A stretch of DNA of 64,000 nucleotides from a virus: IMG/VR virus record IMGVR_UViG_3300024346_000010. The stretch is one strand, 5' to 3'. This document shows, piece after piece, positions 37,377 through 47,189 of this stretch. Position numbers and translations under genes: made by a program. Under the pieces are notes generated by a model, which did no database searches, was not told the origin of the DNA, and worked only from the letters and a program-made list of their open reading frames with translations. Positions within the stretch are counted from its first letter, which is position 1. The number at the start of each line of letters is the position of its first letter.

Positions 37377-38348
37377 ATGGCACATGAACTTGAATTTGTT
37401 GACGGTAAAGCTCAAATGGCTTATGTTGGTGATGTACCTTGGCACGGTCTTGGTACTTTGGTTTCGAATGATCTGACTCCAGGTCAGATGATGAAAGCTG
37501 CCGGTGTTGACTGGCGCGTTCAGGAAGTTGAGTCTTTCATCGAGTATAATGGTGAAAAGCGTAAAACTGGTCAGAAGTCGCTTGTGCGTGAAACTGACGG
37601 TAAAATCCTGACCAACGTCGGTGAAAACTGGAACCCTGTTCAAAATGAACAAGCTTTTGAATTTTTCAATGAGTACGTTCTTGCGGGTGATATGGAAATG
37701 CATACCGCAGGATCGCTTAAAGGCGGTAACTATGTTTGGGCTCTTGCTAAAGTAAAAGAATCATTTGACCTCTTTGGTGGAGATCAAGTTGACTCATATA
37801 TGCTTTTTAGCAATCCACATGTTTATGGCAAGTCAATCGATATCCGTTTTACGCCAATTCGAGTAGTATGCAACAATACTCTGACATTTGCTCTTAACTC
37901 ACAAGCACAACGTGCCGTAAAAGTTGGTCACCGCACTGCGTTTGATGCTGATACTGTCAAGGCTACTATGGGTATTGCTCATGAGAAATTTGCTAAGTAC
38001 AAAGAACTGGCTCAGTTCCTCGGACAAAAGCGATTTTCTGTTGACTCTCTGATGCAGTATTACAATGAAGTGTTCCCACTTACATCTGGTCAAACAAAGC
38101 AAGAGGAAGTAAACGCTGATACTATCTCTCGCATGGCAAAGCAGGCATATAGCGTTCTCGAAACACAGCCAGGTGCAGAGTTTGCCGAAGGTTCATGGTG
38201 GCAAGCATTTAACTCGGTTACATATGTAACTGATCACCTTCAAGGTCGTAATGCTGATAACCGCCTCCATAGCCAGTGGTTTGGGTCTAACCAACTCCGC
38301 AAAATCAAAGCTGCAGAAAAGGCTGTAGAATACGCTCTAGCGGCTTAA
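37377..38348 (+). CDS. DUF932/DUF945 family phage protein
   Basis: PWHGLG, PVQN..AF.FF, TAGSLKGG, TPIRVVCNNTL, W.AFNSVT..TDH. Confidence 0.85.
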   Translation: MAHELEFVDGKAQMAYVGDVPWHGLGTLVSNDLTPGQMMKAAGVDWRVQEVESFIEYNGEKRKTGQKSLVRETDGKILTNVGENWNPVQNEQAFEFFNEYVLAGDMEMHTAGSLKGGNYVWALAKVKESFDLFGGDQVDSYMLFSNPHVYGKSIDIRFTPIRVVCNNTLTFALNSQAQRAVKVGHRTAFDADTVKATMGIAHEKFAKYKELAQFLGQKRFSVDSLMQYYNEVFPLTSGQTKQEEVNADTISRMAKQAYSVLETQPGAEFAEGSWWQAFNSVTYVTDHLQGRNADNRLHSQWFGSNQLRKIKAAEKAVEYALAA

Positions 38349-38354
38349 AACTTA

Positions 38355-38391
38355 GAGGGGAGTTTACAGCTCCCCTCCTTTATGATACTAT
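38355..38391 (+). promoter_or_regulatory. Stem-loop early promoter
   Basis: GAGGGGAG-TTTACAG-CTCCCCTC with -10 TACTAT. Confidence 0.7.
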
Positions 38392-38400
38392 GGATATATT

Positions 38401-38586
38401 ATGAAATATACACACCCAAATCAAGATCATGTCTACTATGTATCGAAACATATGTACGGCGGCCGAGTTCAGGAATATTCAAATGGAACTATTCCTGGTA
38501 AGAAACTAGAGCTTAACGAAGATCAATTCGAAAGCTTTTTGAATATGCTAGAAAGGAATGGTTGGAATGAATCAGCGTACAGGTAA
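38401..38586 (+). CDS. Hypothetical protein
   Basis: ORF downstream of promoter. Confidence 0.6.
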   Translation: MKYTHPNQDHVYYVSKHMYGGRVQEYSNGTIPGKKLELNEDQFESFLNMLERNGWNESAYR

Positions 38587-38785
38587 ATCTCACCGAGCAG
38601 CTCTTGGTGATGGCATGGCAGATATGAAGCTCAAGCTGTTCTTTAGAGATTGTGCCGCTGTCTTGGATGAAAATGGCCATGGAGATGCTGCATTTTACTT
38701 TGAACAAATTGTAGAGCATATTATGTCAGGCAAATCACTTCCAAATGATAACAAACATGAAGTAGCAAGAATTCTAGGTGTATAA
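38567..38785 (+). CDS. Hypothetical protein
   Basis: ORF overlapping previous gene. Confidence 0.6.
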   Translation: MNQRTGKSHRAALGDGMADMKLKLFFRDCAAVLDENGHGDAAFYFEQIVEHIMSGKSLPNDNKHEVARILGV

Positions 38786-38799
38786 TTCTTTTAATAAAG

Positions 38800-39190
38800 A
38801 TGAAAAAGGGGAGTTTACAGCTCCTCTTTTTTAGTATATGAGGTTGTGTTGATAAGGAGATACATCCGCTACCAATATCTCCAAAAAATTTAAATAAAAT
38901 GAAAAAGGGGGTTTACAACCCCTTTTTTTAGCGTATAAAGGTTAAGTAACAAAGGAGACTACATCATGACTTACACCTTCGATTGCGCTTGGGACTGCCC
39001 TATTCAAGACTTCTTCAAACTTCTCGACGAACACAATCTGAAACTTGAATCTTACATTACCTTTGGACCCGGCGGCGGAAATCCAGAAATCACCGTCTCC
39101 GGATCTCCCGAATCCATCGAAAAAATTCAAGAATTCCTCTAAAAAAATCATCCGAGGGGGTTTACATTCCTCCTCGGATACATTATATTA
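38800..39190 (+). repeat. Three repeated stem-loop promoter cassettes
   Basis: AAAAAGGGGAG-TTTACAG-CTCCTCTTTTT; AAAAAGGGGG-TTTACAA-CCCCTTTTT; TCCGAGGGGG-TTTACATT-CCTCCTCGGA. Confidence 0.75.
38966..39142 (+). CDS. Small early protein (58 aa)
   Basis: AAGGAG RBS; MTYTFDCAWDCPIQDFFKLLDEHNL...GPGGGNPEITVSG. Confidence 0.7.
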   Translation: MTYTFDCAWDCPIQDFFKLLDEHNLKLESYITFGPGGGNPEITVSGSPESIEKIQEFL

Positions 39191-39214
39191 GATATATCAA
39201 ACGGAGGACACCAC

Positions 39215-39487
39215 ATGATCATCAACGAAAACCGCACCGATTCGTACATCGCTACTGTTAACCTGAAAGATCCTGGCGACCAAGAGTGGATCAAAGCTAT
39301 CCGCAAAGCCGTTCGTGAAGCTAACGCTTTCTATAAAGAGCGTGGTCAGACTACTCGTAAGTACGTCAAGCTTCAAGGGCGTGGGCATCGCATGGGTGTC
39401 TACCGTTACCATCAATCTCTTCCTCTTAAGTTTTCCGAAACAGCAGACGTATATGTCTATAACCGGAACGCATCCTTAGACTATTAA
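39215..39487 (+). CDS. Small early protein
   Basis: GGAGG RBS; YVKLQGRG, ADVYVY. Confidence 0.7.
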   Translation: MIINENRTDSYIATVNLKDPGDQEWIKAIRKAVREANAFYKERGQTTRKYVKLQGRGHRMGVYRYHQSLPLKFSETADVYVYNRNASLDY

Positions 39488-39510
39488 AAAATTCATTAGT
39501 TGTCTCCAAC

Positions 39511-39540
39511 TGGGCCGGGCAAAAGCTCGGCCATTTTTTT
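39511..39540 (+). terminator. Rho-independent terminator
   Basis: GGCCGGGC-AAAA-GCTCGGCC-ATTTTTTT. Confidence 0.75.
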
Positions 39541-39541
39541 A

Positions 39542-39549
39542 TATAAATA
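39542..39549 (+). promoter_or_regulatory. T4 late promoter
   Basis: Exact TATAAATA. Confidence 0.75.
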
Positions 39550-39570
39550 GAAGAAACGAACGAGAGACTT

Positions 39571-40848
39571 ATGCTAAAAACTGTACGTGATATTAATACA
39601 AAAAACCAAAGGGAATTTAAATCCTATCTTAAGAGAACCTTAAGTGGTGTTAAGATGGGGGAATCTTCCCGTAAGGGTTATCATATTCGGTTTGCTCTAG
39701 ATCCATCACAGTTCGATACATATTTTAAGAAATATAATTTAGAAATTGTAGACTATCCAGGGCCTTCTATTTCCGATAAGTTTGAGACTTATGTGTTGAT
39801 CGCCACTGCTGATCTAGGCTCTAACGTACCATATGGAACTATGATACCATACGTAAATAATTACATTGGTGCAGCAAAAGGCGGACCTTTACTTTTTAAT
39901 AATAAAGATCTCAGCCCTGACAATTTAGGATTTGCCGGTAAGACATTGGCTGAAGGCGAAATGATCCGTCAGCTCAAGGAGGTTTTATATAAGAGATATG
40001 ATGCAGAAATTGCTGATCAACTAATGGATCTTGCATATGCAGCTATGAAAGGTGATGACAATCCTTCTGTAAAAGTCACATTTTCTGCGAAAGATCTTGC
40101 TAAAGTATCTGCAGACTATGGCGAACTTCTAAGTGCTCTTTGGGCTATGAAGAAGTTAAACTTTAAAAAGTCCTTTTTTCCGACTGCTAGTAATGAGCCT
40201 CTGATCGACATATACGGGATTCGCTTTGGCGTACACTACCCAATTTCTGTTAAGTCTGGCGGCGGCGGTAAGGTAACTATTCAGAATATTATTAACGCTA
40301 TTGAAAATAGGGCCAAAAAAGCTAATACGGTAGACTTAGATAAAGAACCATCCTTACAGATCTTTAAGATGGTCAATGAGCTACCGATGAAAGAGCAGAT
40401 GATCCAGCTGCATAAGTACCGTGAAACAGATGCTATACAAAAACTTAGTGAGATTACCGGTATCAAAGTTAAGGATATGGATCTAGCTTCTCTTAAAAAG
40501 TTTACGGATGATAAAACTAACGATGAGCTGATCCAACTACTGGGTCCTTTCTGGAAGGTCCTAAATATGAATCTAACAGAAGGTGTGAAGCAGGGTCAAG
40601 ATAAGCTCCGCTTGATTATATCACCGCTGGGAGAATCAATCTGGAAAATTTTAAATAGTGATAAAGAAATAAAAGAATCGTTAATCCGTATTGCCAGACA
40701 AGTTACTTTGATCCAGGTAAATGTTGATGTTCGTAAAACAGGCATCACATTTCAAAGTAATTACTTTAGAGACGCAGAGTTTGAGTTTGCCTGGGCAGGA
40801 TATACCGCTGGTAACAAACTAGGATTCAAGATGAAGGTAAAACAATAA
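39571..40848 (+). CDS. Late hypothetical protein, possible PD-(D/E)xK nuclease fold
   Basis: YGE, FP..SNEPLID, ISVKSGGG. Confidence 0.5.
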   Translation: MLKTVRDINTKNQREFKSYLKRTLSGVKMGESSRKGYHIRFALDPSQFDTYFKKYNLEIVDYPGPSISDKFETYVLIATADLGSNVPYGTMIPYVNNYIGAAKGGPLLFNNKDLSPDNLGFAGKTLAEGEMIRQLKEVLYKRYDAEIADQLMDLAYAAMKGDDNPSVKVTFSAKDLAKVSADYGELLSALWAMKKLNFKKSFFPTASNEPLIDIYGIRFGVHYPISVKSGGGGKVTIQNIINAIENRAKKANTVDLDKEPSLQIFKMVNELPMKEQMIQLHKYRETDAIQKLSEITGIKVKDMDLASLKKFTDDKTNDELIQLLGPFWKVLNMNLTEGVKQGQDKLRLIISPLGESIWKILNSDKEIKESLIRIARQVTLIQVNVDVRKTGITFQSNYFRDAEFEFAWAGYTAGNKLGFKMKVKQ

Positions 40849-42182
40849 TGGCACAGTATAGCAAAAGTCGAGACAGTAAACAAAGGCCCCAGAAAAACGA
40901 TGACATTTATGAGGTTAATCTTCTGGCTCATAGTGATGGGGAGTTTGTTACAACAGTAAATCCATGGGGTAAGCAGGTTGTTACTGTAGATGATGATACT
41001 GTCCAGCACACTTCTAAAAACCGCCGTAAAGTTTCCACGTTTGAAGTTACAGACTATGGCACATTTAAAACAGGCAAAGATACTCGTATTTGGGATGAAA
41101 AGGTAACTGGAACTGCATCATCAACTCATGAACCATATCTTGGTATGGTTAGATTAGAAGTCGGTTCTGATGCGGGTGATGAAGTTATTCGCCAAACCAA
41201 ACGTGTTCAGAGATACATACCTGGTCGCCAAAGCGAAGTTTCGATAACAGCTATTTTTGGGACACCAACTACGGGTGTTCGTCGTCGTTTTGGTCTCTTT
41301 GATGAAAATGATGGAGCATATTTCGAAGATGGTGGTGATGGTACATATTATGTTGTGTGCCGTAGAAATACTGCTGGCGGTGTGGTTGAAGCCCGCGTGG
41401 CTCGTGAAAACTGGAACGTAGATAAACTGGACGGAACAGGACCAACTGGTATCGTAGCTGACCCTAACAACATTCAACTGATGGTTATTGAATATGAATG
41501 GTATGGTGCAGGTCAGGTTGAATTTAACTTTGTGATTGGAAACAATAAGATTCCAGTTCATCAATTTAATCATGCAAACGTTATTGGTACTACATGGGCT
41601 TCAACAGCCACACTTCCTATAAGAATTGAGTTGACAAATGTAACAGGGGCAGCTGGAACCCACACCTTCTACCAAGGGTCACACTCATTTTCGACAGAAG
41701 GAACTACAACTCTTTTAGGACGTCAAAGAAGTATTTCTAGTGCTATAACAGGTAAGACTCTTATTAACTCTAATACATTCTATCCTATTGTTGCTATTCG
41801 TTTAAAGTCAGACAGTCTAAATTCAGTTATCATTCCAGACGTTTTTTCAGGCGCTACGTTAGATAACACCAGCGTATTCATTAGAGTTTTAGAAGATGTA
41901 ACTTTAACAGGTGGGACATGGGTAAGTTATTCCGCAGAATCCCCAATAGAATACAACATTACAGCAACAAGTTTTACGGGCGGCGAAATCGTAGACACTA
42001 AATTTATTAGTTCTGGTAATATGGGAGAATCTACACTTTTTCCTGAAAGAAGTATTACACAGATTCAACGAAAAACTACTACAACTCTTGGTGATACTTC
42101 AACAGTATTTCTTATTGCCATTGCATCAACCGGTTCAAATAAATCTGGATGGGCATCACTTGGCTGGATCGAGGTAAGATAA
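40848..42182 (+). CDS. Beta-rich putative virion protein
   Basis: Thr/Gly-rich, YIPG, WNVDKLDGTG, YEWYGAG; late region. Confidence 0.55.
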   Translation: MAQYSKSRDSKQRPQKNDDIYEVNLLAHSDGEFVTTVNPWGKQVVTVDDDTVQHTSKNRRKVSTFEVTDYGTFKTGKDTRIWDEKVTGTASSTHEPYLGMVRLEVGSDAGDEVIRQTKRVQRYIPGRQSEVSITAIFGTPTTGVRRRFGLFDENDGAYFEDGGDGTYYVVCRRNTAGGVVEARVARENWNVDKLDGTGPTGIVADPNNIQLMVIEYEWYGAGQVEFNFVIGNNKIPVHQFNHANVIGTTWASTATLPIRIELTNVTGAAGTHTFYQGSHSFSTEGTTTLLGRQRSISSAITGKTLINSNTFYPIVAIRLKSDSLNSVIIPDVFSGATLDNTSVFIRVLEDVTLTGGTWVSYSAESPIEYNITATSFTGGEIVDTKFISSGNMGESTLFPERSITQIQRKTTTTLGDTSTVFLIAIASTGSNKSGWASLGWIEVR

Positions 42183-43405
42183 TGGAAAATTTTAGCTCAT
42201 ATATAACCGAACAAAAGAATACACATATGACTCACATCGAGGACAAAGTCCTGTACGGTGGGGTTAAAGGAACTAGAGAGGCAATCTTAGCATTACGTTC
42301 TCTCAGAGATATGCTGAAAGGAACTCATGCTGGAAACGTCAGTGTTAAATGGGACGGCGCTCCTGCTATTTTTGCTGGTATTGATCCGAGTGACGATAAA
42401 TTTTTCGTTGCCAAAAAAGGCATTTTCAACAAAAACCCTAAAGTCTATAAATCTGCAGCTGATGTTGATGCTGATACTTCTGGTGATCTTGCAGATAAGC
42501 TCAAACTGGCATTACGCTACTTGCCAGAGCTGGGAATCAGGGGTGTGGTTCAAGGAGACTTTCTTTTTGGTCCCGGAGATCTGTCCACAAACACCATAGA
42601 AGGAGACAAATATGTTACCTTTCACCCCAATACAATTGTATATGCTATCCCTGCCGATTCACCTAGCGCTCGTGACGTTCTATCTGCAAAAATCGGTATT
42701 GTCTGGCACACCACTTACACTGGCTCAAGCTTCGAATCTATGCGCGCCTCGTATGGGGTAGATATAAGTAGATTTAAAAAATCCAAAGCCGTATGGTCGC
42801 AAGATGCGATGTTACGCGATATGACTAATTTAACAATGACTTCACAAGAAACGGAGGAAGTAAATGAATATCTTTCAACAGCTGGCAGTATATTTAACCA
42901 AATTGCTGGGAACACATTACGAGCACTCGAAGCCAACCGAGACCTCGCCCAAACCATCGAAACCTACAACAACAGTTTTGTCAGAGCCGGAACCATCCCC
43001 GATCCCAGAACCCACACCGATGGGCTTATCCGTTGGATCAGAGGAAGATACCAAAAAGAAATCGACGCCCTCAAAACCGAGAAAGGCAAGATCGGCAAAG
43101 CCAAAAAGCGTGACGACTTCCTTGCCTTCTTCAGCGCCGAAAACAAAAAGTCGCTCGAAAAAGTCTTTGAACTCCAAAGAGTAATAGTTTTAGCGAAATT
43201 AAAACTCATAAATATACTTAATAGATTATCAAAAACTAAACATTTTGTTAAGACTCGTAATGGTTATAAGACAACTGGCCCTGAGGGTTATGTAGCGATT
43301 GATAAACTTGGTGGTGACGCGGTAAAGATTGTTGATAGAATGGAATTTTCATACAACAACTTTTCGCCTGAAATTTTAAAAGGTTGGGATAAGCCCAGCC
43401 GTTAA
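42182..43405 (+). CDS. DUF6267-like protein with ligase-type nucleotidyltransferase motifs
   Basis: VKWDGAPA (KxDG), QGDFLF, PEGYVA, AVKIVDR. Confidence 0.65.
   Translation: MENFSSYITEQKNTHMTHIEDKVLYGGVKGTREAILALRSLRDMLKGTHAGNVSVKWDGAPAIFAGIDPSDDKFFVAKKGIFNKNPKVYKSAADVDADTSGDLADKLKLALRYLPELGIRGVVQGDFLFGPGDLSTNTIEGDKYVTFHPNTIVYAIPADSPSARDVLSAKIGIVWHTTYTGSSFESMRASYGVDISRFKKSKAVWSQDAMLRDMTNLTMTSQETEEVNEYLSTAGSIFNQIAGNTLRALEANRDLAQTIETYNNSFVRAGTIPDPRTHTDGLIRWIRGRYQKEIDALKTEKGKIGKAKKRDDFLAFFSAENKKSLEKVFELQRVIVLAKLKLINILNRLSKTKHFVKTRNGYKTTGPEGYVAIDKLGGDAVKIVDRMEFSYNNFSPEILKGWDKPSR
42864..43184 (+). CDS. Overprinted Pro/Ser/Lys-rich protein (+1 frame)
   Basis: GGAGG SD before ATG; C3-rich tract ends at its stop codon. 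Confidence 0.5.
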   Translation: MNIFQQLAVYLTKLLGTHYEHSKPTETSPKPSKPTTTVLSEPEPSPIPEPTPMGLSVGSEEDTKKKSTPSKPRKARSAKPKSVTTSLPSSAPKTKSRSKKSLNSKE

Positions 43406-43417
43406 TGGGATAAACCG

Positions 43418-44038
43418 ATGCTAAGATTTAAAGACATGTTCCCTATGGGAATAGAATACCGTCCAGGAGAGGACGAACTTACAAACTATAGAGCCCTTCG
43501 CCGTAAACGCACAATTGGTGTTGGTGAAGGTGGTCCAATTGGTGAGGCAAATGATCCCTCACATGAAAATCCGGTCAGTGATTATATTGACAAAGGTAAA
43601 CATTCTAAGAATGTTGGCCCGGGTTATAAAACTAAAAATGTTAAAATAAAAAATCAAGATGGAACGCACACCATCATGGTACATCAGCTTGCTTCTGAAT
43701 CAACTGAAGTTGATGAAGCTCTATCAGTTCAGTCGCGTCTTAAAAAAGGCCGTGATATGCGCCGCAATAAGGCGAAGATTGCTCTTGGAAGAAGCCGCGC
43801 AGCTCGTAGATTTGCGAGTAACGACACGCTCAAGAAGCGTGCAAGACGTTCGGCATATCTGGCGACATACAAAAGATTAATTAAAAATATTTCAAAAGAT
43901 GACTTGACTCCGCAACGAAAAGCTGAGATCGAGAAGCGCTTAAATAGTCCAGCTTTTAAGACTCGAATTGATCGTATGTCTAAGAAAATGATTAAAGACG
44001 TTCGTAAAAAAGAAATGGAAAGAAAGCGCGCAAAATGA
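43418..44038 (+). CDS. Basic late protein
   Basis: Arg/Lys-rich C-terminus after VDEALS. Confidence 0.7.
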   Translation: MLRFKDMFPMGIEYRPGEDELTNYRALRRKRTIGVGEGGPIGEANDPSHENPVSDYIDKGKHSKNVGPGYKTKNVKIKNQDGTHTIMVHQLASESTEVDEALSVQSRLKKGRDMRRNKAKIALGRSRAARRFASNDTLKKRARRSAYLATYKRLIKNISKDDLTPQRKAEIEKRLNSPAFKTRIDRMSKKMIKDVRKKEMERKRAK

Positions 44039-45171
44039 TTGGATCATTTAAGCAGTACTTAGTTGAAGAAGAAAAAACGGTTTTCTTCTCCTTCGGGAGA
44101 ATGAATCCACCTACTATTGGTCATGAAAAACTGCTAGACAAATTGGCTTCATCTGCAGGCAAAAATCCATATAGAATGTATTTGTCTCAATCGATCGATT
44201 CTAAAAAGAACCCACTGACATACAAAGAAAAAGTTAAAGCAGCGCGTAAGATGTTTCCACGTCATGCGCGTAATATCCTTATGAACAACAAAATTAAAAA
44301 CATAATGGATATTACAACTTCACTTTACGATGAAGGATTTAGAAAAGTTGTTATGGTTGTTGGATCAGATCGAGTCAATGAATTTGATGCTCTTCTGAAC
44401 ACGTATAACGGCAAAAAGGGTCGTCATGGTCTATATAACTTTATGGATATTAAAGTTATTTCGGCTGGCGAGCGTGATCCAGATGCTGACGGCGCAGAAG
44501 GTATGAGTGCTTCTAAAATGCGCAGCGCAGCATCCGATAATGATTTTACATCATTTTCTCAAGGTCTACCTAAAGCGTTTTCGAACTCAGATTCGAAGGC
44601 GCTTTTTAATTCTGTCCGTAAGGGCTTGGGACTTAAAGAAGAAAAAAGTTTTAAACGACATGTTGAATTAGCCCCAGTATCTGACCTAAGAGAATCATAC
44701 ATTGATGGAAAGCTTTTCGATATTGGTGATCAAGTTGTTATTAAAGAAAACGGTGAACTTGGAATCGTAAAACAGCTAGGATCTAACTACGTTATTATTG
44801 AATCAAAGGCTAATAAGTATCGCAAATGGCTTGATGCTGTTGAAAAGGTAGATCAGCCTGCTGTAGAATACCAGGTCGCTCCATTCTCTGTAAATTTGAG
44901 CGAGGCCGTCGATAATACAAAAAGCATGTATGCTGATAAGCCTGATTGGGGTACGCCTGAATCTTCTGAAAAGGCTAAGGAAAAAACGCCTGGTGAAAAG
45001 AAAAAGAAAATTAGCTTCAAAGAGTTTGACGAAAGCGCTGCTATTGACCTAGCTAAAAAAAGAATAAATAGGGAAAAGAAGGCAGATGCAGTTCGCCATG
45101 ATAGAATGATGGATGCGGCCAGACTTAAAAGCGTTAAAATTAAAAATAAAGAGACCAAGCCAAATGAATGA
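44035..45171 (+). CDS. HxGH cytidyltransferase-like protein
   Basis: FGRMNPPTIGH, KNPL, VVGSDR, SAGERDPD, MSASKMR. Confidence 0.8.
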   Translation: MIGSFKQYLVEEEKTVFFSFGRMNPPTIGHEKLLDKLASSAGKNPYRMYLSQSIDSKKNPLTYKEKVKAARKMFPRHARNILMNNKIKNIMDITTSLYDEGFRKVVMVVGSDRVNEFDALLNTYNGKKGRHGLYNFMDIKVISAGERDPDADGAEGMSASKMRSAASDNDFTSFSQGLPKAFSNSDSKALFNSVRKGLGLKEEKSFKRHVELAPVSDLRESYIDGKLFDIGDQVVIKENGELGIVKQLGSNYVIIESKANKYRKWLDAVEKVDQPAVEYQVAPFSVNLSEAVDNTKSMYADKPDWGTPESSEKAKEKTPGEKKKKISFKEFDESAAIDLAKKRINREKKADAVRHDRMMDAARLKSVKIKNKETKPNE

Positions 45172-46615
45172 TTTTAAAAACTTTAAAGCAAAACTAGATG
45201 AGAAAAAAGGCTTGTGGGATAATATCCACGCCAAGCGCAAGCGCGGGGAAAAGCCTAATCCTCCTGGACACCCTGATCGACCAACAGCCCAAGACTTTAA
45301 AGATGCACAAAAGACATCTAAGAAAGAATCTGTTGAAGAAAAGAAACTTACTCCGGCTGAAATAAAAAAACGTGAAGAGATTGCTAAGGCAATGGAACGC
45401 GATAATCCAGGCATGGACATGGGTAAGAAGATGGCGATCGCTACTGCTACTGCTAAGAAGGTTGCTGAAGAAGTTAGACAGATCGACGAGCTTTCACCAA
45501 ATACTTTGAGTAGATATGTTAAAAAGGCTGATAAGCAAGCAGATAAAGCTTCTGATAGTTATTCTAGAGCAGCAGCAAGGCGTTCTGACTTTGCAAGTGA
45601 TACACCTGCTATGGCTAAAAATGCTAAAAAGTTTGCAAAACGCGATGCAGGAGCAGCTTTGGCTAGAAAAAAACTAGCAAATCAAAATGAAGCAGTCGAT
45701 CTTGACAAAGCATCTAAGAGCGATATGCTATGCAAAGAGTGTGGTGATCAGTTCGGTAAGCCTACTAATGAGAAATGCATGTACGATGCATACGATAAGT
45801 TGGGTGAGAACTGGGTTACAAAGGAAATGTACGAGGGTCTAGATATTACTGAAATCTCTCTTGATATGCTTACTAAAAAGATTTCTAATTCTGGTATGGC
45901 TACTACTAAAAAGGCCAATAAGATGGATAAAACAAAAAATGATCTTGCTGCACTGAAAGCAAGACTTGCTGGAAAGCCAGCTCTTGCGAAAGAAGCTAAA
46001 GAAGACGACGAACCAGCTTCACCTGATGAAGCGAGCATGGCACTTAAACAACTCGAGTTTATTGAATATGCTGCAGAAGAAATGATGGATCATATTAAAT
46101 CTGGTAAAGAATTTCCAGAGTGGTTCCAGAATAAACTTTCAAAAGCACACGGCGAGATTGAAGGCTTACATTCTTCTATGGGCGAGCACGGTGAAGATGA
46201 AGAAGATATGAAAGAAGCCGTTCGCCGTAAAGGTGCACCTAAAATGAAAGGTGACTTTTTTGCAATGCAACGCGCAAAAGACGCAGAACTTAACAAAGCC
46301 CTTGGTCGCACAAAGACTGGTCGTAAAAAACCAGTTCGCCAAATGACTTCTACTCAGCGTTCACTTGCTCAACTTCGTCGTGAAGAAACTGAACTCGATG
46401 AAGGTATTTCTAACAACATGCGCTTGATTAGTAAAATCAAAAACTCAGGTGTTGTTAAATCTGGTTCTATGTCCAAAGATACTAAACCGGCTCCTAAAAA
46501 AGAAGGTATAGATACTGCTGCTGATAAAAAACCAGAAAAGTTTATTAAGCCTGATGGTAAGATTGGCGTTCGTATGGTTCCAATGGACAAAAATATTGTA
46601 GATAAAGATAAGTAA
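45164..46615 (+). CDS. Modular charged protein (internal head protein-like)
   Basis: Basic modules separated by LDE/IDE/VEE motifs. Confidence 0.7.
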   Translation: MNDFKNFKAKLDEKKGLWDNIHAKRKRGEKPNPPGHPDRPTAQDFKDAQKTSKKESVEEKKLTPAEIKKREEIAKAMERDNPGMDMGKKMAIATATAKKVAEEVRQIDELSPNTLSRYVKKADKQADKASDSYSRAAARRSDFASDTPAMAKNAKKFAKRDAGAALARKKLANQNEAVDLDKASKSDMLCKECGDQFGKPTNEKCMYDAYDKLGENWVTKEMYEGLDITEISLDMLTKKISNSGMATTKKANKMDKTKNDLAALKARLAGKPALAKEAKEDDEPASPDEASMALKQLEFIEYAAEEMMDHIKSGKEFPEWFQNKLSKAHGEIEGLHSSMGEHGEDEEDMKEAVRRKGAPKMKGDFFAMQRAKDAELNKALGRTKTGRKKPVRQMTSTQRSLAQLRREETELDEGISNNMRLISKIKNSGVVKSGSMSKDTKPAPKKEGIDTAADKKPEKFIKPDGKIGVRMVPMDKNIVDKDK

Positions 46616-46616
46616 T

Positions 46617-46907
46617 ATGGAATCTTTCAAGCGATATATGGCAGAAAGAGGCGAAGACTCTAAAGGCCATTTTATCAGCACCGAAAAAGGTGCTGGTATG
46701 ACAGCCAAGGGAGTTAAAGCTTTTAGGAGTAAAAACCCCGGAAGCAAACTTCAAACTGCTGTTACTGGAAAAGTAAAACCTGGTAGTAAAGACGCAAAAC
46801 GACGTAAGAGCTTTTGTGCAAGGATGAGCGGGATGCCTGGGCCGATGAAGGACGAAAAGGGTAGACCGACACGTAAAGCAATGTCGTTAAAAAGATGGAA
46901 GTGTTAA
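46617..46907 (+). CDS. DUF6321-like basic protein
   Basis: GMTAKGVKA.R..NPGSKL, RRKSFCARM.G, WKC. Confidence 0.7.
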   Translation: MESFKRYMAERGEDSKGHFISTEKGAGMTAKGVKAFRSKNPGSKLQTAVTGKVKPGSKDAKRRKSFCARMSGMPGPMKDEKGRPTRKAMSLKRWKC

Positions 46908-47179
46908 TGTCTGACTACAGTAGATTGGATCGGATTGAAGAAAAGATCGACAAGTTGACTGATGCCATGGTTACTATTGCCAGAGCAGAGGAAAAACTTG
47001 TGAATATGGAGCAAAAATATTCTGCTCAATATGATCGTATGAACAAGTTTTCTGAAAAACTTGATGCTCTTGAAAAGATTACATCTGAAAATTCTCAGAC
47101 GGTATATACTATTAATAAACTCTTTTGGGTTGCACTAATTGCAGTGGTTGGTGCCATTGCCGCTAACCTCTTAATGTAA
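46907..47179 (+). CDS. Coiled-coil protein with C-terminal TM
   Basis: RLDRIEEKIDKL, C-terminal hydrophobic helix. Confidence 0.7.
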   Translation: MSDYSRLDRIEEKIDKLTDAMVTIARAEEKLVNMEQKYSAQYDRMNKFSEKLDALEKITSENSQTVYTINKLFWVALIAVVGAIAANLLM

Positions 47180-47189
47180 GGAAAAAAAA

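Noticed and set aside
38355-39190. CRISPR-like array
   Set aside because: Repeats are imperfect promoter hairpins separated by genes of variable length; no cas genes
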